From: Verrucomicrobiota bacterium | GTDB lineage: Bacteria > Verrucomicrobiota > Verrucomicrobiia > Limisphaerales > CANJXF01 | Direction of reading: 5' to 3' | NCBI GenBank assembly: GCA_038214755.1 | Contig: JBBQRQ010000011.1 | Location: 1-64,000, forward strand | DNA: 64,000 bases | In this document: piece after piece, positions 15,377 through 25,729 of the stretch | Numbering within the stretch: the stretch's first letter is position 1 | Layout of the letters: every line of letters starts with the position of its first letter | The notes under the pieces: model-generated | Told to the model about the DNA's origin: nothing | Database searches by the model: none | The model's input: only the letters and a program-made list of their open reading frames with translations | Translations under genes and position numbers: made by a program

Positions 15377-18028
15377 ATGCAAACTAGAATAGAATCGTTA
15401 CAGATCAATTGGAAGTTCGCCATTCCCCTTGCTGCAGCCTTGCTGCTCGCCGTCAACTCAACTCACGCCGCTAACTTGCTGGTTAACCCGGGTTTCGAGT
15501 CCAATAGTGGCCACAACATTCCTGTTGGCTGGACACGTTTCGCGCCGCCGAATGCCCAGACCAATGGTAACTATTGGGTCGAAAGTGCCGGAAACCTCGC
15601 ACATTCTGGAAGTCTCTATTGGAAGGAGTGGGGCGCATCTTATCTGCCGGCCCCCACCAACAACGTGGCGGGCCTCTACCAGGACTTCGGCAGTGCTGCT
15701 GGCTCAACCTATCAAGCCAGTGGATGGTTCTTCACCAAAGGCAGTGACGCGATGGGACCGGATTCCTACGTTTGGGTCGAAGTTTCCTTTTTCGGTTCGA
15801 GCAGTAATCTTCTGGCTCTTTACAAGTCGGATAGGTTCATGCCCAGTGTAGGGACCGACGCCTGGTTTCAATATCAAGTCACCAATGCTTGCGACGTGTC
15901 GGCACCGGTTCCAACTGGCGATCCCTATTTCACCACCTATGCCGTGACCGGTTCGGTGAGCCAGTTGGTAGCGCCCATCGGAACTCAACGAGTCCGATAC
16001 CGTTTTGCCTACCTACAGTCGGGCAGTCAAGGTGGGTCCTGTTATCTTGACGATGCAGTGTTGAACCAGATCAGCGGCCCGATCGCGCCCGTCATCAGCA
16101 ACCTTTTTCCGGTCAACCTGATCTTCGTCAAGCCCAGTGACGGCATCACCTTTAATGTAAGATCGCCCAGTGGCTTTACCATCAACACTAATGCCATTCA
16201 CCTGATCGTTAACGGGGCGGATGTATCGGGGAACCTGGCTATCACCGGTTCTTCCTCCAACAAAAACGTCGCTTACTCCGGGCTGCAATCCAATCTGACT
16301 TACACGGCGTCGATTACGGTGACAGATGCCTTTGGTTTAAGCGCCAGTGCGAGCACTTACTTTGAGACAACGTGGGTGGGCGTACCTCCGGTTGTGTATC
16401 TGTGGGAAGCAGAAGACTTTGATTTTAGCAACGGAATGTATCTGAACAATCCAGACCCTTGCAGCACGAGCGGCAATCCCAACTGTTATTTTGGAAAAGT
16501 CGGTGTCGAAGGTGTGGATGAACATAATTTGGGCGCGAGCGGCGGCCATCTTTATCGCCCGGACGATCTCATCGCCACTGGCGTCTCGGGAGATTACTTG
16601 CGGAAAAACCTCGTCGTTGCCAATCGGCTCGATTACCGAATTGACCCATTCATATTCAGCGAGTGGATTAACTATACCCGCGACTGGTCCAACGGCACCT
16701 ATTGGGTGCTGGGACGACTAGCAACCGGGGAAGGCTTATCCGGGACATTGACGTTGAGCAAGGTGAATCCCGACACTACAACTACCGACCTTGGCACGTT
16801 CACGATTGACAATGGCTTGGGGTGGACTACTTACCAAAATGTTTTTCTGAAGGATACCAATGGCAACCTTGCGAATGTAACGCTCAATGGCAAGGCCACG
16901 TTGCGCGTGACCAGCGGAGGAGATCTACTGCCGGGCTTTTTCATGCTCACCGTCGCCCAGGTCGATTTGCCCATTTTAAGCAACATGTATCCTACCGGAG
17001 CGCATCCCTTCGAGTACACCAACGCTTTTAGTTTCACTGTGACTACCACGGGCGCCACCTTTCCTGTCGGCGGCATCAAACTGAACCTCGACGGGATCGA
17101 CGTTTCCTCGGGACTGGTCATCACCGGCTCCAGCTCGAATAAGAACGTGGTTTATCCCCTACTACAACCCAACGCGATCCATACGGCCATTTTTACCGGG
17201 ACCAACTCTCTCGATCACGGCATCAGCGTGACGAATCGTTTCGATACCTTCAGCCAAAGTAATATTATGGTTGAAGCGGAGGATTTCGACTATGATGGCG
17301 GACAGTATGTTGGTAATTGGTTCCCCGATGCCTATGCAGGATTCGGAGCAACTACCAATATAGATTTCCAGCACTCGACGATAGAAGGCGAGCAGTTTAT
17401 CTATCGTGCCGACGGCATCCCCGAAGAGATCGCGCGGGACTATCTAAGACAGAGCTTTATTGAGGTTGGCGGAATTGATTATCACCTGGCTTGGTATGGA
17501 ATCGGTGACTGGGCCAATTACACCCGGACTTATCCTACAGGCAACTTCCGTATCTATGCGCGTTCCGCTGGTTTCGGCAGCTATACAATTTACTTGGATC
17601 AGGTTGTTAGCGGCGCGGGGACGACCAACCAAGTCACGCGCAGACTTGGCCGATGGAGCGCCACGGGGCCGAATAACCAATCCCACCATTGGGTGGCGTT
17701 GACGGATGATGGGATGGCAGCGCCAGCCATAGTCAAACTGGGCGGCGTCAACACCCTTCGCCTTACTACCCCAACCGGCAATTGCTATCCGACCTACTTC
17801 ATGTTAGTCCCAGCATCTGGCATTACTCTATCAGCGGCCAGGTCAGGTAGTAACGTGATCATTTCTTTCCCGACCCAATCAGGCGTTATCTACCGCGTCT
17901 TTTACCGCGATGCTTTGACTACGGGCACCTGGACGCTTCTTAACACTGTGCTGGGTGACGGCGCGATCAAAGCCGTGACCAATGCCGCGAGCGCAACTCA
18001 ACGGTACTTTAAGGTCGTCGCGCCATAG
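15377..18028 (+). CDS. Secreted multi-CBM-like protein (NLLVNPGFE domain, two EAEDFD/CBM6-like modules with Ig-like linkers, C-terminal YFK domain)
   Basis: Signal peptide; duplicated [Ig-like + EAEDFD...W(I/A)NYTR] unit; ends QRYFKVVAP. Confidence 0.75.
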   Translation: MQTRIESLQINWKFAIPLAAALLLAVNSTHAANLLVNPGFESNSGHNIPVGWTRFAPPNAQTNGNYWVESAGNLAHSGSLYWKEWGASYLPAPTNNVAGLYQDFGSAAGSTYQASGWFFTKGSDAMGPDSYVWVEVSFFGSSSNLLALYKSDRFMPSVGTDAWFQYQVTNACDVSAPVPTGDPYFTTYAVTGSVSQLVAPIGTQRVRYRFAYLQSGSQGGSCYLDDAVLNQISGPIAPVISNLFPVNLIFVKPSDGITFNVRSPSGFTINTNAIHLIVNGADVSGNLAITGSSSNKNVAYSGLQSNLTYTASITVTDAFGLSASASTYFETTWVGVPPVVYLWEAEDFDFSNGMYLNNPDPCSTSGNPNCYFGKVGVEGVDEHNLGASGGHLYRPDDLIATGVSGDYLRKNLVVANRLDYRIDPFIFSEWINYTRDWSNGTYWVLGRLATGEGLSGTLTLSKVNPDTTTTDLGTFTIDNGLGWTTYQNVFLKDTNGNLANVTLNGKATLRVTSGGDLLPGFFMLTVAQVDLPILSNMYPTGAHPFEYTNAFSFTVTTTGATFPVGGIKLNLDGIDVSSGLVITGSSSNKNVVYPLLQPNAIHTAIFTGTNSLDHGISVTNRFDTFSQSNIMVEAEDFDYDGGQYVGNWFPDAYAGFGATTNIDFQHSTIEGEQFIYRADGIPEEIARDYLRQSFIEVGGIDYHLAWYGIGDWANYTRTYPTGNFRIYARSAGFGSYTIYLDQVVSGAGTTNQVTRRLGRWSATGPNNQSHHWVALTDDGMAAPAIVKLGGVNTLRLTTPTGNCYPTYFMLVPASGITLSAARSGSNVIISFPTQSGVIYRVFYRDALTTGTWTLLNTVLGDGAIKAVTNAASATQRYFKVVAP

Positions 18029-18032
18029 GCTT

Positions 18033-19985
18033 GTGAAACGAACTCTTACAGCATGTCTGAAAATTCCATCCGCCTGTAGCAGCCGAGGTAACGAGGCTCT
18101 TACTTTTTCGGCAAACCTCCGTCAAAGCGAGACCACGCCGGAAGTCAGAGCCTCGTTACCTCGGCTGCTACGATTTTTCAGACACGTTCTTAGTCTCCAA
18201 ATCCTCCTGGCGGTCGCTGTTCAAACGGCGCTCGCCATCCAAGCCCCGAATGGGTTGGTGAGCCGGACAGGCGATCTAAGCGTCGTATTGCACTGGGACA
18301 AGAATACCGAGACGAACCTCGCGGGCTATCGTGTTTATCGTTCGCTCAATAGCAGCGGCCCATACAGCCTGCGGACTACCAGTCTATTAACCGATCCAGG
18401 TTTTTGCGATCTGACGGTTAGTAATGGGCAGACAAACTATTACCAAATCACGGCCGTAACTTCTACTTCCCAGGAGAGTCTTCCTTCACTCACCCAGGCG
18501 GCGCTACCTCATCCCTTTGCTGACGATGATGAGTTCCTTGAGTACCTCCAACAAACCAGTTTTGATTACTTTTGGTACTTGGCTAATCCGAGCAATGGGT
18601 TGGTGCCGGACCGAAGCGCGGTCGGCTCGGCCTGTAGCATCGCCGCAGTAGGCTTTGGGTTGAGCGCCATCGCAATCGGTATCGACCATGGTTGGATCAC
18701 ACGTAACCAAGGAGTGGCGCGAGTCCTTACCACCCTCAATACTTTTCTCCAGAAGCCGCAGGGAACGAACGTCGCAGGCATGATTGGATATAAAGGTTGG
18801 TTCTACCATTTCCTGGATATGAACACCGCCTTGCGCGCCAACTCGGAACTCTCCTCCATCGATACAGCTTTGTTGCTGGCGGGGATACTTCATGCCAAAC
18901 AGTATTTCGATAGCACCAACTCCGATGAGACTGCCATTCGCACGACAGCGGACGCGATATTTAACCGCGTAGATTGGAATTGGATGGCGCAAGGAACCAA
19001 CGCCCTATCTATGGGCTGGTTCCCCACGTCAGGCTTTATCGCGGGCAATTGGATTGGCTATAACGAAGGGATGATTCTTTATTGCCTTGGCCTTGGCACT
19101 GCGACGAACCCGTTGCCTGCTTCAGCATGGAACCGTTGGACCAACAGCTATATCTGGTCCACCAATTATGGTCAGACCTATGTTCAGTTCGCTCCTTTGT
19201 TCGGGCACCAGTATTCCCATTGCTGGATTGATTTCCGCCATGTTGCGGACGCCTATATGAACAGCCATAGCAGCACTTACTTTGAGAACTCGCGTCGCGC
19301 AAGCCTAGCCCAACGGACTTACTCCATCGCCAATCCGGGACAAAAGGTGGGATATAGCAGCAACGTTTGGGGATTGACCGCGTGTGATGGTCCAACTGGA
19401 TACGCGGCGCGCGGCCTCCCACCCGCCGGACTCGATGACGGCACGATTGCGCCCACTGCCGCCGGCGGTTCGATAGCCTTCACTCCCGAATACTCGGTGC
19501 CGACATTACGCTACTTCTATAGGCAATACCGGCCGCGCATTTGGACTGCGTATGGGTTCCGCGACGCATTTAACCTCGGCGCTCAATGGTACGCCACCGA
19601 TGAGCTTGGAATCGACCAAGGCCCCATTGTCATCATGATCGAGAACTATCGCACCCAACGCGTTTGGCGGCTCTTCATGAAAAACCCGGAGGTCCAACGC
19701 GGGTTGGAGCGGGCGAATTTTGTCTCACTTCCTTTTATCGCGCCAAGGTTGCAGACACTGCCTTTTCAAACAGCATTTAACCTCGACTGGGACTCCACCA
19801 CCGGCCGTAGCTATCAAGTCGAATACTCGCCGGACCTTGGCACTTGGTTTGCCTCGCCGACGGGGGAAATCCTCGCCGCCGGTCCAACTGCCAGTTGGAC
19901 TGATAACGGTCCGCCTGCTACCGCAACCGTGCCTTACAGCGTCGCTCAACGATTCTACCGCGTGTTCCAATTCGGCGCGCCTTAA
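18033..19985 (+). CDS. GH144-like (DUF3131/glucoamylase-family) putative endo-beta-1,2-glucanase with Fn3 domain and C-terminal FYR domain
   Basis: GLVPDRS, SIAAVGFGL, GWFYHFLD, ELSSIDT, GYNEGM, LFGHQYSHCWIDFR, WGLTACD, DGTIAPTA, YGFRDAFN, GIDQGPIVIMIENYR; GTG start 4 nt after the upstream stop. Confidence 0.85.
   Translation: MKRTLTACLKIPSACSSRGNEALTFSANLRQSETTPEVRASLPRLLRFFRHVLSLQILLAVAVQTALAIQAPNGLVSRTGDLSVVLHWDKNTETNLAGYRVYRSLNSSGPYSLRTTSLLTDPGFCDLTVSNGQTNYYQITAVTSTSQESLPSLTQAALPHPFADDDEFLEYLQQTSFDYFWYLANPSNGLVPDRSAVGSACSIAAVGFGLSAIAIGIDHGWITRNQGVARVLTTLNTFLQKPQGTNVAGMIGYKGWFYHFLDMNTALRANSELSSIDTALLLAGILHAKQYFDSTNSDETAIRTTADAIFNRVDWNWMAQGTNALSMGWFPTSGFIAGNWIGYNEGMILYCLGLGTATNPLPASAWNRWTNSYIWSTNYGQTYVQFAPLFGHQYSHCWIDFRHVADAYMNSHSSTYFENSRRASLAQRTYSIANPGQKVGYSSNVWGLTACDGPTGYAARGLPPAGLDDGTIAPTAAGGSIAFTPEYSVPTLRYFYRQYRPRIWTAYGFRDAFNLGAQWYATDELGIDQGPIVIMIENYRTQRVWRLFMKNPEVQRGLERANFVSLPFIAPRLQTLPFQTAFNLDWDSTTGRSYQVEYSPDLGTWFASPTGEILAAGPTASWTDNGPPATATVPYSVAQRFYRVFQFGAP
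18046..18192. mobile_element. IS1031-like MITE (141 bp plus TTA target duplication) carrying a GTAG REPIN, in frame in the GH144-like signal peptide
   Basis: TTA|CAGCATGTCTGAAAAT...TTTTCAGACACGTTC|TTA; internal GTAGCAGCCGAGGTAACGAGGCTC / GAGCCTCGTTACCTCGGCTGCTAC. Confidence 0.8.
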
Positions 19986-19987
19986 CG

Positions 19988-20046
19988 GAAATCCGAAGTT
20001 CGAAATCCGAAATCCGAAAGAAATCCGAAATCCGAAGGCCGAAGCC
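19988..20046. repeat. Left arm only of a heptamer-array element
   Basis: GAAATCCGAAGTTCGAAATCCGAAATCCGAAAGAAATCCGAAATCCGAAGGCCGAAGCC directly after the stop codon. Confidence 0.75.
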
Positions 20047-20127
20047 CAGGAAATCTCCCAAGCGCACAAGAAACGTCGAGGAACCACGAAGGTCAGGTTG
20101 AAGTAACTTTGAGGTTTCCGTAGCAAG

Positions 20128-20225
20128 AGCGGTGGAGGGCCACCGCACTCCAAGACGCTCGCGCGAATTGTGATGGCGCATGAATCACGCGACCGCGTAT
20201 TGGAGTGCGGTGGCCCTCCACCGCT
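20128..20225. repeat. REP doublet with inward-facing GGAG feet
   Basis: AGCGGTGGAGGGCCACCGCACTCCAA / TTGGAGTGCGGTGGCCCTCCACCGCT perfect inverted repeat. Confidence 0.85.
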
Positions 20226-20269
20226 TTTTGGAAAACGAATTTCTATTCTACTGAAAATGTCGAGGAATC

Positions 20270-20302
20270 AAAAAAAAGACACTCGCTTACTCGCGAGTGT
20301 CT
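20270..20302 (-). terminator. Intrinsic terminator of the PEP-CTERM gene
   Basis: AGACACTCGC-loop-GCGAGTGTCT stem preceded by an A run (U run on the minus strand). Confidence 0.7.
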
Positions 20303-20346
20303 GGTGAAAGCTTGCGACAAGCCAGGCTTGTCCTGCTTCAGCATGG

Positions 20347-21213
20347 CTAGCGCTTACGCCGGATAGCCAACAGTCCAAGCATTCCCATGCCGACCAATGC
20401 GAAAGTGCCCGGCTCGGGAACAATCGTGGTGTAGGTCGTCTGGCTGAACAAAGCGTTAATAAAGTCGCCGCTACTGCCTGTGCCTCCTTGAGCGTAAACT
20501 CCCACTTGAAAGCTGACCGGTCCCTTTTCGGTGTTCGACCATGGTTGCGGACCGGTCGTTACGACACCGGCGCCACGGTCAATGAAGAACTCAATCGTAT
20601 TTGCAATACCACCGGGACCGTCGCCACCAGCGATTTCCCTGATCCCGAGCAAAATTGAAGTGCCGGGAACATAGCCGTTGCCGCTTCCGTTGCTGCCAAA
20701 GATATGGAAGGGAGCGCCACCGCCGAAGGTGACGATCTCGCCGGCATCGGAGTTAACTATAAACAGCGCATCGCCCGTGATGGAACTGTTGATGCGAATG
20801 CCAGCCTCTTTTCGAGGCGCATTGGTACCGTCGGTCAACGTTAACCGGGTCGTAAAGAGAAAGCTCTGGTCAATGTTGTGCGTGAAGGCCGTTGTGCCGC
20901 CATTGGTGGAGGCAATCACATCATGGCGATTGGCGCCATTGAACGCTCCCGTATAGGCATCGCGGATCGTAAATGAAGCCGGATTGCCATTGATGGCGGG
21001 GCCTGGTGGGGTGATGGTGAGAGTTGATCCCGGGTTGTCGTTAAACACACGGGGGCTGACGGTATAACCGTTGATTGTGGCCTGAGCAAAGGCTCCGTGA
21101 GCGGTCGCGAGGGCGAGACCGAGGACTGCCGCATAAAAGGCGCAGCGTGTTAGGTAAGTAGTTTTCCTTGGCCTTACGATAGCAAGGGAAAGTTGGGCGT
21201 GGGGTTGGTTCAT
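20347..21213 (-). CDS. PEP-CTERM surface protein
   Basis: Signal-like AAVLGLALATAHGAFA; ends VPEPGTFALVGMGMLGLLAIRRKR; TTGACA-N17-CACGGT lies upstream of ATG 21213. Confidence 0.85.
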   Translation of the reverse strand: MNQPHAQLSLAIVRPRKTTYLTRCAFYAAVLGLALATAHGAFAQATINGYTVSPRVFNDNPGSTLTITPPGPAINGNPASFTIRDAYTGAFNGANRHDVIASTNGGTTAFTHNIDQSFLFTTRLTLTDGTNAPRKEAGIRINSSITGDALFIVNSDAGEIVTFGGGAPFHIFGSNGSGNGYVPGTSILLGIREIAGGDGPGGIANTIEFFIDRGAGVVTTGPQPWSNTEKGPVSFQVGVYAQGGTGSSGDFINALFSQTTYTTIVPEPGTFALVGMGMLGLLAIRRKR

Positions 21214-21351
21214 GTGGGAGACCGTGAGATTTCCATCGGACAATGTCAAGCCCTCATTCTTCTAAATTTTATAAAGCCGAGTTGCCTCCGGTCGCAAGGG
21301 ACGGCGGCGGGAGGAGAAAACCGGGTGGTCTTCCCCAGAGGAGATTCACCC

Positions 21352-21476
21352 TGGCGCAGGTTTTCGAATCTGCTTTGTCGCTGCTGTATCGCCGGTTTCT
21401 AACCGGCAGATTTAAACGATTCCAGCGTCTGCGGATTGGAAATCCGCGATACAGCAACTGGCCAGGCTGCGCTACG
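21352..21476. repeat. Double-hairpin REPIN-like element (GTAGCGCAG family)
   Basis: CTGCTGTATCGCCGGTTTCTAACCGGCAG...GCGATACAGCA...CTGCGCTACG; relatives at 34466-34726 and 50744-50910. Confidence 0.7.
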
Positions 21477-21605
21477 GGATCACCGCGGTGGCGCTGATTT
21501 GTTGGTAGGGTCAAGATGCGCCGTCCAACAAAAAATGACTCCAGGTCTTGACTTTTCTCGTCGAAAACATTCTTCTCTCGTCTTCCAAGATTTCGTTTTG
21601 AAAAA

Positions 21606-22418
21606 ATGAAAGCATCATCCTTCACCAAAACTCGTCGTGGTTTTACGTTGATTGAGTTGCTGGTTGTCATCGCGATTATCGCCATCTTAGCTGGGTTGCT
21701 TTTGCCGGCTCTGGCCAAGGCCAAGGAAAAAGCGAACCGGATTAAGTGCGCCAGCAATCTCAAGCAAATGGGGCTGGCCAACATCATGTATGCCGGTGAC
21801 AACCGAGGCGCGTTGAGCGGAGGAACCGGATATTACGATGACAATTTGAATTGGATGTATAAAGGCTTTGCCAAGTCCCCTCAAATGTTTGTCTGCCCGA
21901 GTACCAGAAATTATGTCCGGGCGGATGTCTTCGCTCCAAACCCTCTGACGGGCGAACAGGAGCTTTTAGATTTGCAGGGATTAACCCTGAACAAGAACGC
22001 GATGTACGGTTATAGCTACGAAAATTTTTCGTGGTGGCGGAAAGATTCGCAGGGCAGTCATGAATCAACTGGGCCTACGGCGGCAGAAGCAGCTTTCAGC
22101 AAAAACCAAGTCCGCAAAACCGAATCGAGAGTCGGCTCCAGAAGGCATCAAAACGCGGGGGATGGTCTTGGGCTGTTGGGTAATCTTCCGGGCCCCACTC
22201 GAACATGGCTGACCCTTGACGGAGATAACAACAGCGCGAGCAACCCCTTGAAGATTTACAATAACTACCCCGATAAAAACGACAATCACGGTGAGACTGG
22301 AGCCAACGCGAATTTTGCGGACGGACATGTGGAGTGGGTTAGAGAAAGGGGCAAATATTATCTGATAACCCGCGAGCTATCCCAGGATGAAGGACAGGGC
22401 GGAAAGAATGTCCAGTAA
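21606..22418 (+). CDS. Prepilin-type / H-X9-DG-like protein (DUF1559-like)
   Basis: [44 protein letters not shown]. Confidence 0.9.
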   Translation: MKASSFTKTRRGFTLIELLVVIAIIAILAGLLLPALAKAKEKANRIKCASNLKQMGLANIMYAGDNRGALSGGTGYYDDNLNWMYKGFAKSPQMFVCPSTRNYVRADVFAPNPLTGEQELLDLQGLTLNKNAMYGYSYENFSWWRKDSQGSHESTGPTAAEAAFSKNQVRKTESRVGSRRHQNAGDGLGLLGNLPGPTRTWLTLDGDNNSASNPLKIYNNYPDKNDNHGETGANANFADGHVEWVRERGKYYLITRELSQDEGQGGKNVQ

Positions 22419-22575
22419 TTCTGCCCAACCTTTGCCAATGAAATTTTTTCCGTATGGCAATGCCTTCAATAAAAAACAAACGAAAGGTTTCCGTTGCCAG
22501 TGGGTTGGCAATGGATAAGGTGGGTGCCGCGAATTTGATGGAAGTGAGTCCAACAACGAATCCGAAAAAACCAAT

Positions 22576-25500
22576 ATGAAAAATTCAATAACAGATCGTA
22601 TTCTATTTAGCGTGGTGCTGGCTTTTCCTTTGATCATGCCTTCCGTCTCTCGCGCCGTCCCTTATGCCTGCGACATCACGAATAATGCCGGAACTGTATC
22701 CTTTCGGCTGAATGAGAACGCCGACAACGTCAAAATTGTATCCAATAGCGGAACTATCACCAATGACCTTGGCGCCGGGATCAAAGGGCTAACCGTAACG
22801 AACCTCGCAATTGCCAGCGGAAACATCAAGGTGATTGTTCTGCGATCCGCACCCGCGGGTTACACGCAGAGCAGCATCGATGGTTTTCAAGACAACGGGG
22901 TATATGTAAATAAATTCGAGCATCCGCGCGGGGTTGTCGTAAACAAAAGCCCAGTTACCCCATCCTTCGGCCGTATCTACGTTAGTTGCGCCCGCGTTGG
23001 AACAACCGCCGGCTCATTTGTGCGGACGACATCGGATGGTATCTATCTGATCAACTCCGACGACACCGTTGCGCTCGACACCGGAACAAATCCACGCACC
23101 GCTGGTATTCCTTTTAGCACCGGAACGGAAACGGCCAGCCCGTTGCGCCTGACCATCGGCAAGGATGACAACCAACTCTATATTTGTGATTTGTCCGATC
23201 CTAAGGGCGGACTTTGGGTAACTGATTTAGACGTCACAACAGGAACCAATGCATTGGCTGTCATTGGTGACGCTTCACAAGGGGCAACCAATCATGGGAG
23301 TATTTACTCAGCGGTCGTTGAGGGAACATTGGCCAACTCTAACCTGAAAATCTTCACCATGGACGAAGACCTCGTTCCAGTAAAAAGCGCCTGGCGTTAT
23401 GACGTGAACGGCGGACCTATTCCATTCGCTGGCCCGACTAACAGCTTAGGCCAGGCGATGACAAATGTTCTCATCGATTTGGCAAAAGGTGGCAGTAGCA
23501 ACTATCTCTACGCTTCGCAGAACAGCCCTGCCGGAGATGCTGTGGGCATTCGCGTCTTTACGGCCGATGGAATTACGATCACAAACTCATTGGATGCCAG
23601 CCGAGCCTACCTGACAAACTCTTCTGCCGCCGACTTGCTGCGGAACGCCCTTGCCTTGGATCTTTCGCCCGATGGAACTACGCTGGCGGTTCTCCAAGGG
23701 TCATCCCTGTCGGGACGTGTCCTACTCGTTCCGCTCGTAAACGGACTGTTCAATTTCGCCGGAACAAACTCTTTCTCGGTGGCGAATTCAAGCAACAACA
23801 ATCGCGATCTTGCTTATGATGCAGCAGGCAATATTTATGTTGTCAGCAGCTCAGGCGAATGGCTGCGCATCTTCTCCAAAGGCGGAGCTACCATTGCCAC
23901 TACTGGAACAGACGGCACCTTCAACATTGCAGTCCCCCCGCTCCTCGTCGGAGTGACCGCCACCGCCACCAATGCCAATGAGCAAGGGCCGGTCAATGGG
24001 CAGTTCACCATCACGCGCAGCGGCGACACCTCCGGGTCACTGACGGTCAACTACACGGTCGGCGGCACTGCGGCAGGGGGATCGGATTACACCGCGCTTC
24101 CCGGCTTGTTTACATTCCTGCCAGGAGCGACATCCACTAACATCACCGTAGCGGTGACTGACGACGCGGTTGCGGAGCTGACGGAGACGGTCATCCTCAC
24201 CATTAGCAGCAGCCCGACTTACGGCATTAGTAGCGGCTCGGCAACCGTTTCCATTCTCGACAATGAAGCCCCGGAACTTTCACTCACGCTCGCGCAATCG
24301 GAGTCGCGACTCCTCGAAGGGTATGCGCCGTCTAAAGTTGGATTTCAAGTGACGCGGCGAGGATTGGTGACCTCTGCCATGACAGCTAATCTTGCCTACT
24401 CCGGCACCGCCGCAGTGGGAGTGCGTTTCAACGGTCCATCCACCGTTTCCATCGGCGCAAACGTGGCCAACGTTACGTTCAACCTCACGCCAATCAACGA
24501 CCAGACTTATCAGAGCAATCAAACGGCAATCGTCTCAGTGGCGGCGGGAACGGGCTACGCAATAGGATCGACCAATTCCGCGACCGCCACGGTCATTGAT
24601 GATGAAGCTGTGCCGGGAACGACTTTATTTACCGATAATTTTGAAACCAGTTCCGCATCGCAGTGGATTGTTAACACAGTGGATGGAGGAGCCGATTCGC
24701 ACGCTGACTTTGCTTATGACTACAGCCAGCTTTTCGTTCCACCAGCGCCAGGCGGAAGTAGCACCTTGGGATTGCGTTTGCGCTGCAACGAGACAACCGG
24801 CAATCGCAATGCCATCAGTGTTTCGCCACTGGGGTTGAACTTGCAGGGCGACTACCGTTTGAAATTTAACATGTGGATCAATTACAATGGTCCGATGTTT
24901 GATGGCGGCGCCGGTTCTACTTTCCACATGAACGCTGGCGTGGGAACAACGGCGGACCATGCCAATCTGGACAACTTTGGTTTCGTCGATGGCATCTGGT
25001 TCTCGGTCGATGGCGATGGCGGTTCGACCTTCCTCGCCGGCGATGCCAACGCCTACATCGGCGCGGATTTGCAACCGGACGAGTCTGGCTTCTATGCGGC
25101 GGGAACCAACAACCTGCCCCGGAGCACTGCCTCGAATCCCTTCTACTCGTTGTGGGGAAGTATCCCGGCCCCGGCGGCTCAATTAACAGCTTACCCCAGC
25201 CAAAGCGGCACGAGCCAACCTGGAAATATGGGCGTCGCATGGCACACAGTGGTCGTCACCAAAGCGACCAACGCCGTAACCTGGGTGATTGATGGCATTA
25301 CCATAGCCACCGTCCCCACCGCTACAGCAACGTTATCCACGAATGTGTTTGTAGGTTATGCGGATCAGTTTGCCGGCACCTTGTCGAGTGTCCCGGTTAT
25401 GAGCTTTGCCATTGTGGATAACCTTCGCGTGGAAACTTTCGTGGCAGCCCCTCCCGCCGCTCCACGTATCACCAGCATTCGCATTGTAGGGAGCAACGTT

Positions 25501-25680
25501 GAGATCAACTTCACCGGTGCGGCGGCGGATGCGCCTTCATCATTCGCCGTGCAAAGTGCCGCCGTCGTTACCGGGACTTATGCTGACACAGCGGCCACCA
25601 TTACCAGTCCAGGCGCGGGAGTTTTCCAAGCGACTTTTCCTATTAATGGGGCGACGCGTTTTTACCGTATTAGACGCTGA
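22576..25680 (+). CDS. Large secreted protein: propeller-like N-terminal region, two Calx-beta-like domains, lectin/ConA-like domain, C-terminal FYR domain
   Basis: Signal peptide; FTITRSGD...VNYTVGGTA..GSDY...DDAVAELTETVIL..ILDNE; ends TRFYRIRR. Confidence 0.8.
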   Translation: MKNSITDRILFSVVLAFPLIMPSVSRAVPYACDITNNAGTVSFRLNENADNVKIVSNSGTITNDLGAGIKGLTVTNLAIASGNIKVIVLRSAPAGYTQSSIDGFQDNGVYVNKFEHPRGVVVNKSPVTPSFGRIYVSCARVGTTAGSFVRTTSDGIYLINSDDTVALDTGTNPRTAGIPFSTGTETASPLRLTIGKDDNQLYICDLSDPKGGLWVTDLDVTTGTNALAVIGDASQGATNHGSIYSAVVEGTLANSNLKIFTMDEDLVPVKSAWRYDVNGGPIPFAGPTNSLGQAMTNVLIDLAKGGSSNYLYASQNSPAGDAVGIRVFTADGITITNSLDASRAYLTNSSAADLLRNALALDLSPDGTTLAVLQGSSLSGRVLLVPLVNGLFNFAGTNSFSVANSSNNNRDLAYDAAGNIYVVSSSGEWLRIFSKGGATIATTGTDGTFNIAVPPLLVGVTATATNANEQGPVNGQFTITRSGDTSGSLTVNYTVGGTAAGGSDYTALPGLFTFLPGATSTNITVAVTDDAVAELTETVILTISSSPTYGISSGSATVSILDNEAPELSLTLAQSESRLLEGYAPSKVGFQVTRRGLVTSAMTANLAYSGTAAVGVRFNGPSTVSIGANVANVTFNLTPINDQTYQSNQTAIVSVAAGTGYAIGSTNSATATVIDDEAVPGTTLFTDNFETSSASQWIVNTVDGGADSHADFAYDYSQLFVPPAPGGSSTLGLRLRCNETTGNRNAISVSPLGLNLQGDYRLKFNMWINYNGPMFDGGAGSTFHMNAGVGTTADHANLDNFGFVDGIWFSVDGDGGSTFLAGDANAYIGADLQPDESGFYAAGTNNLPRSTASNPFYSLWGSIPAPAAQLTAYPSQSGTSQPGNMGVAWHTVVVTKATNAVTWVIDGITIATVPTATATLSTNVFVGYADQFAGTLSSVPVMSFAIVDNLRVETFVAAPPAAPRITSIRIVGSNVEINFTGAAADAPSSFAVQSAAVVTGTYADTAATITSPGAGVFQATFPINGATRFYRIRR

Positions 25681-25696
25681 TTTGGATTAGGAATGG

Positions 25697-25729
25697 AAAG
25701 GCGCTGACTTTGGCGTGGGTGCCTTTTTT
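25697..25729 (+). terminator. Possible intrinsic terminator
   Basis: AAAGGCGC...GTGCCTTTTTT 16 nt after the stop; loop rather long. Confidence 0.45.

Noticed and set aside
22433..22520. Two TTGCCA...TGGCAA inverted pairs as operators
   Set aside because: The spacers are inconsistent (17 and 6 nt) and the arms too short to support a call
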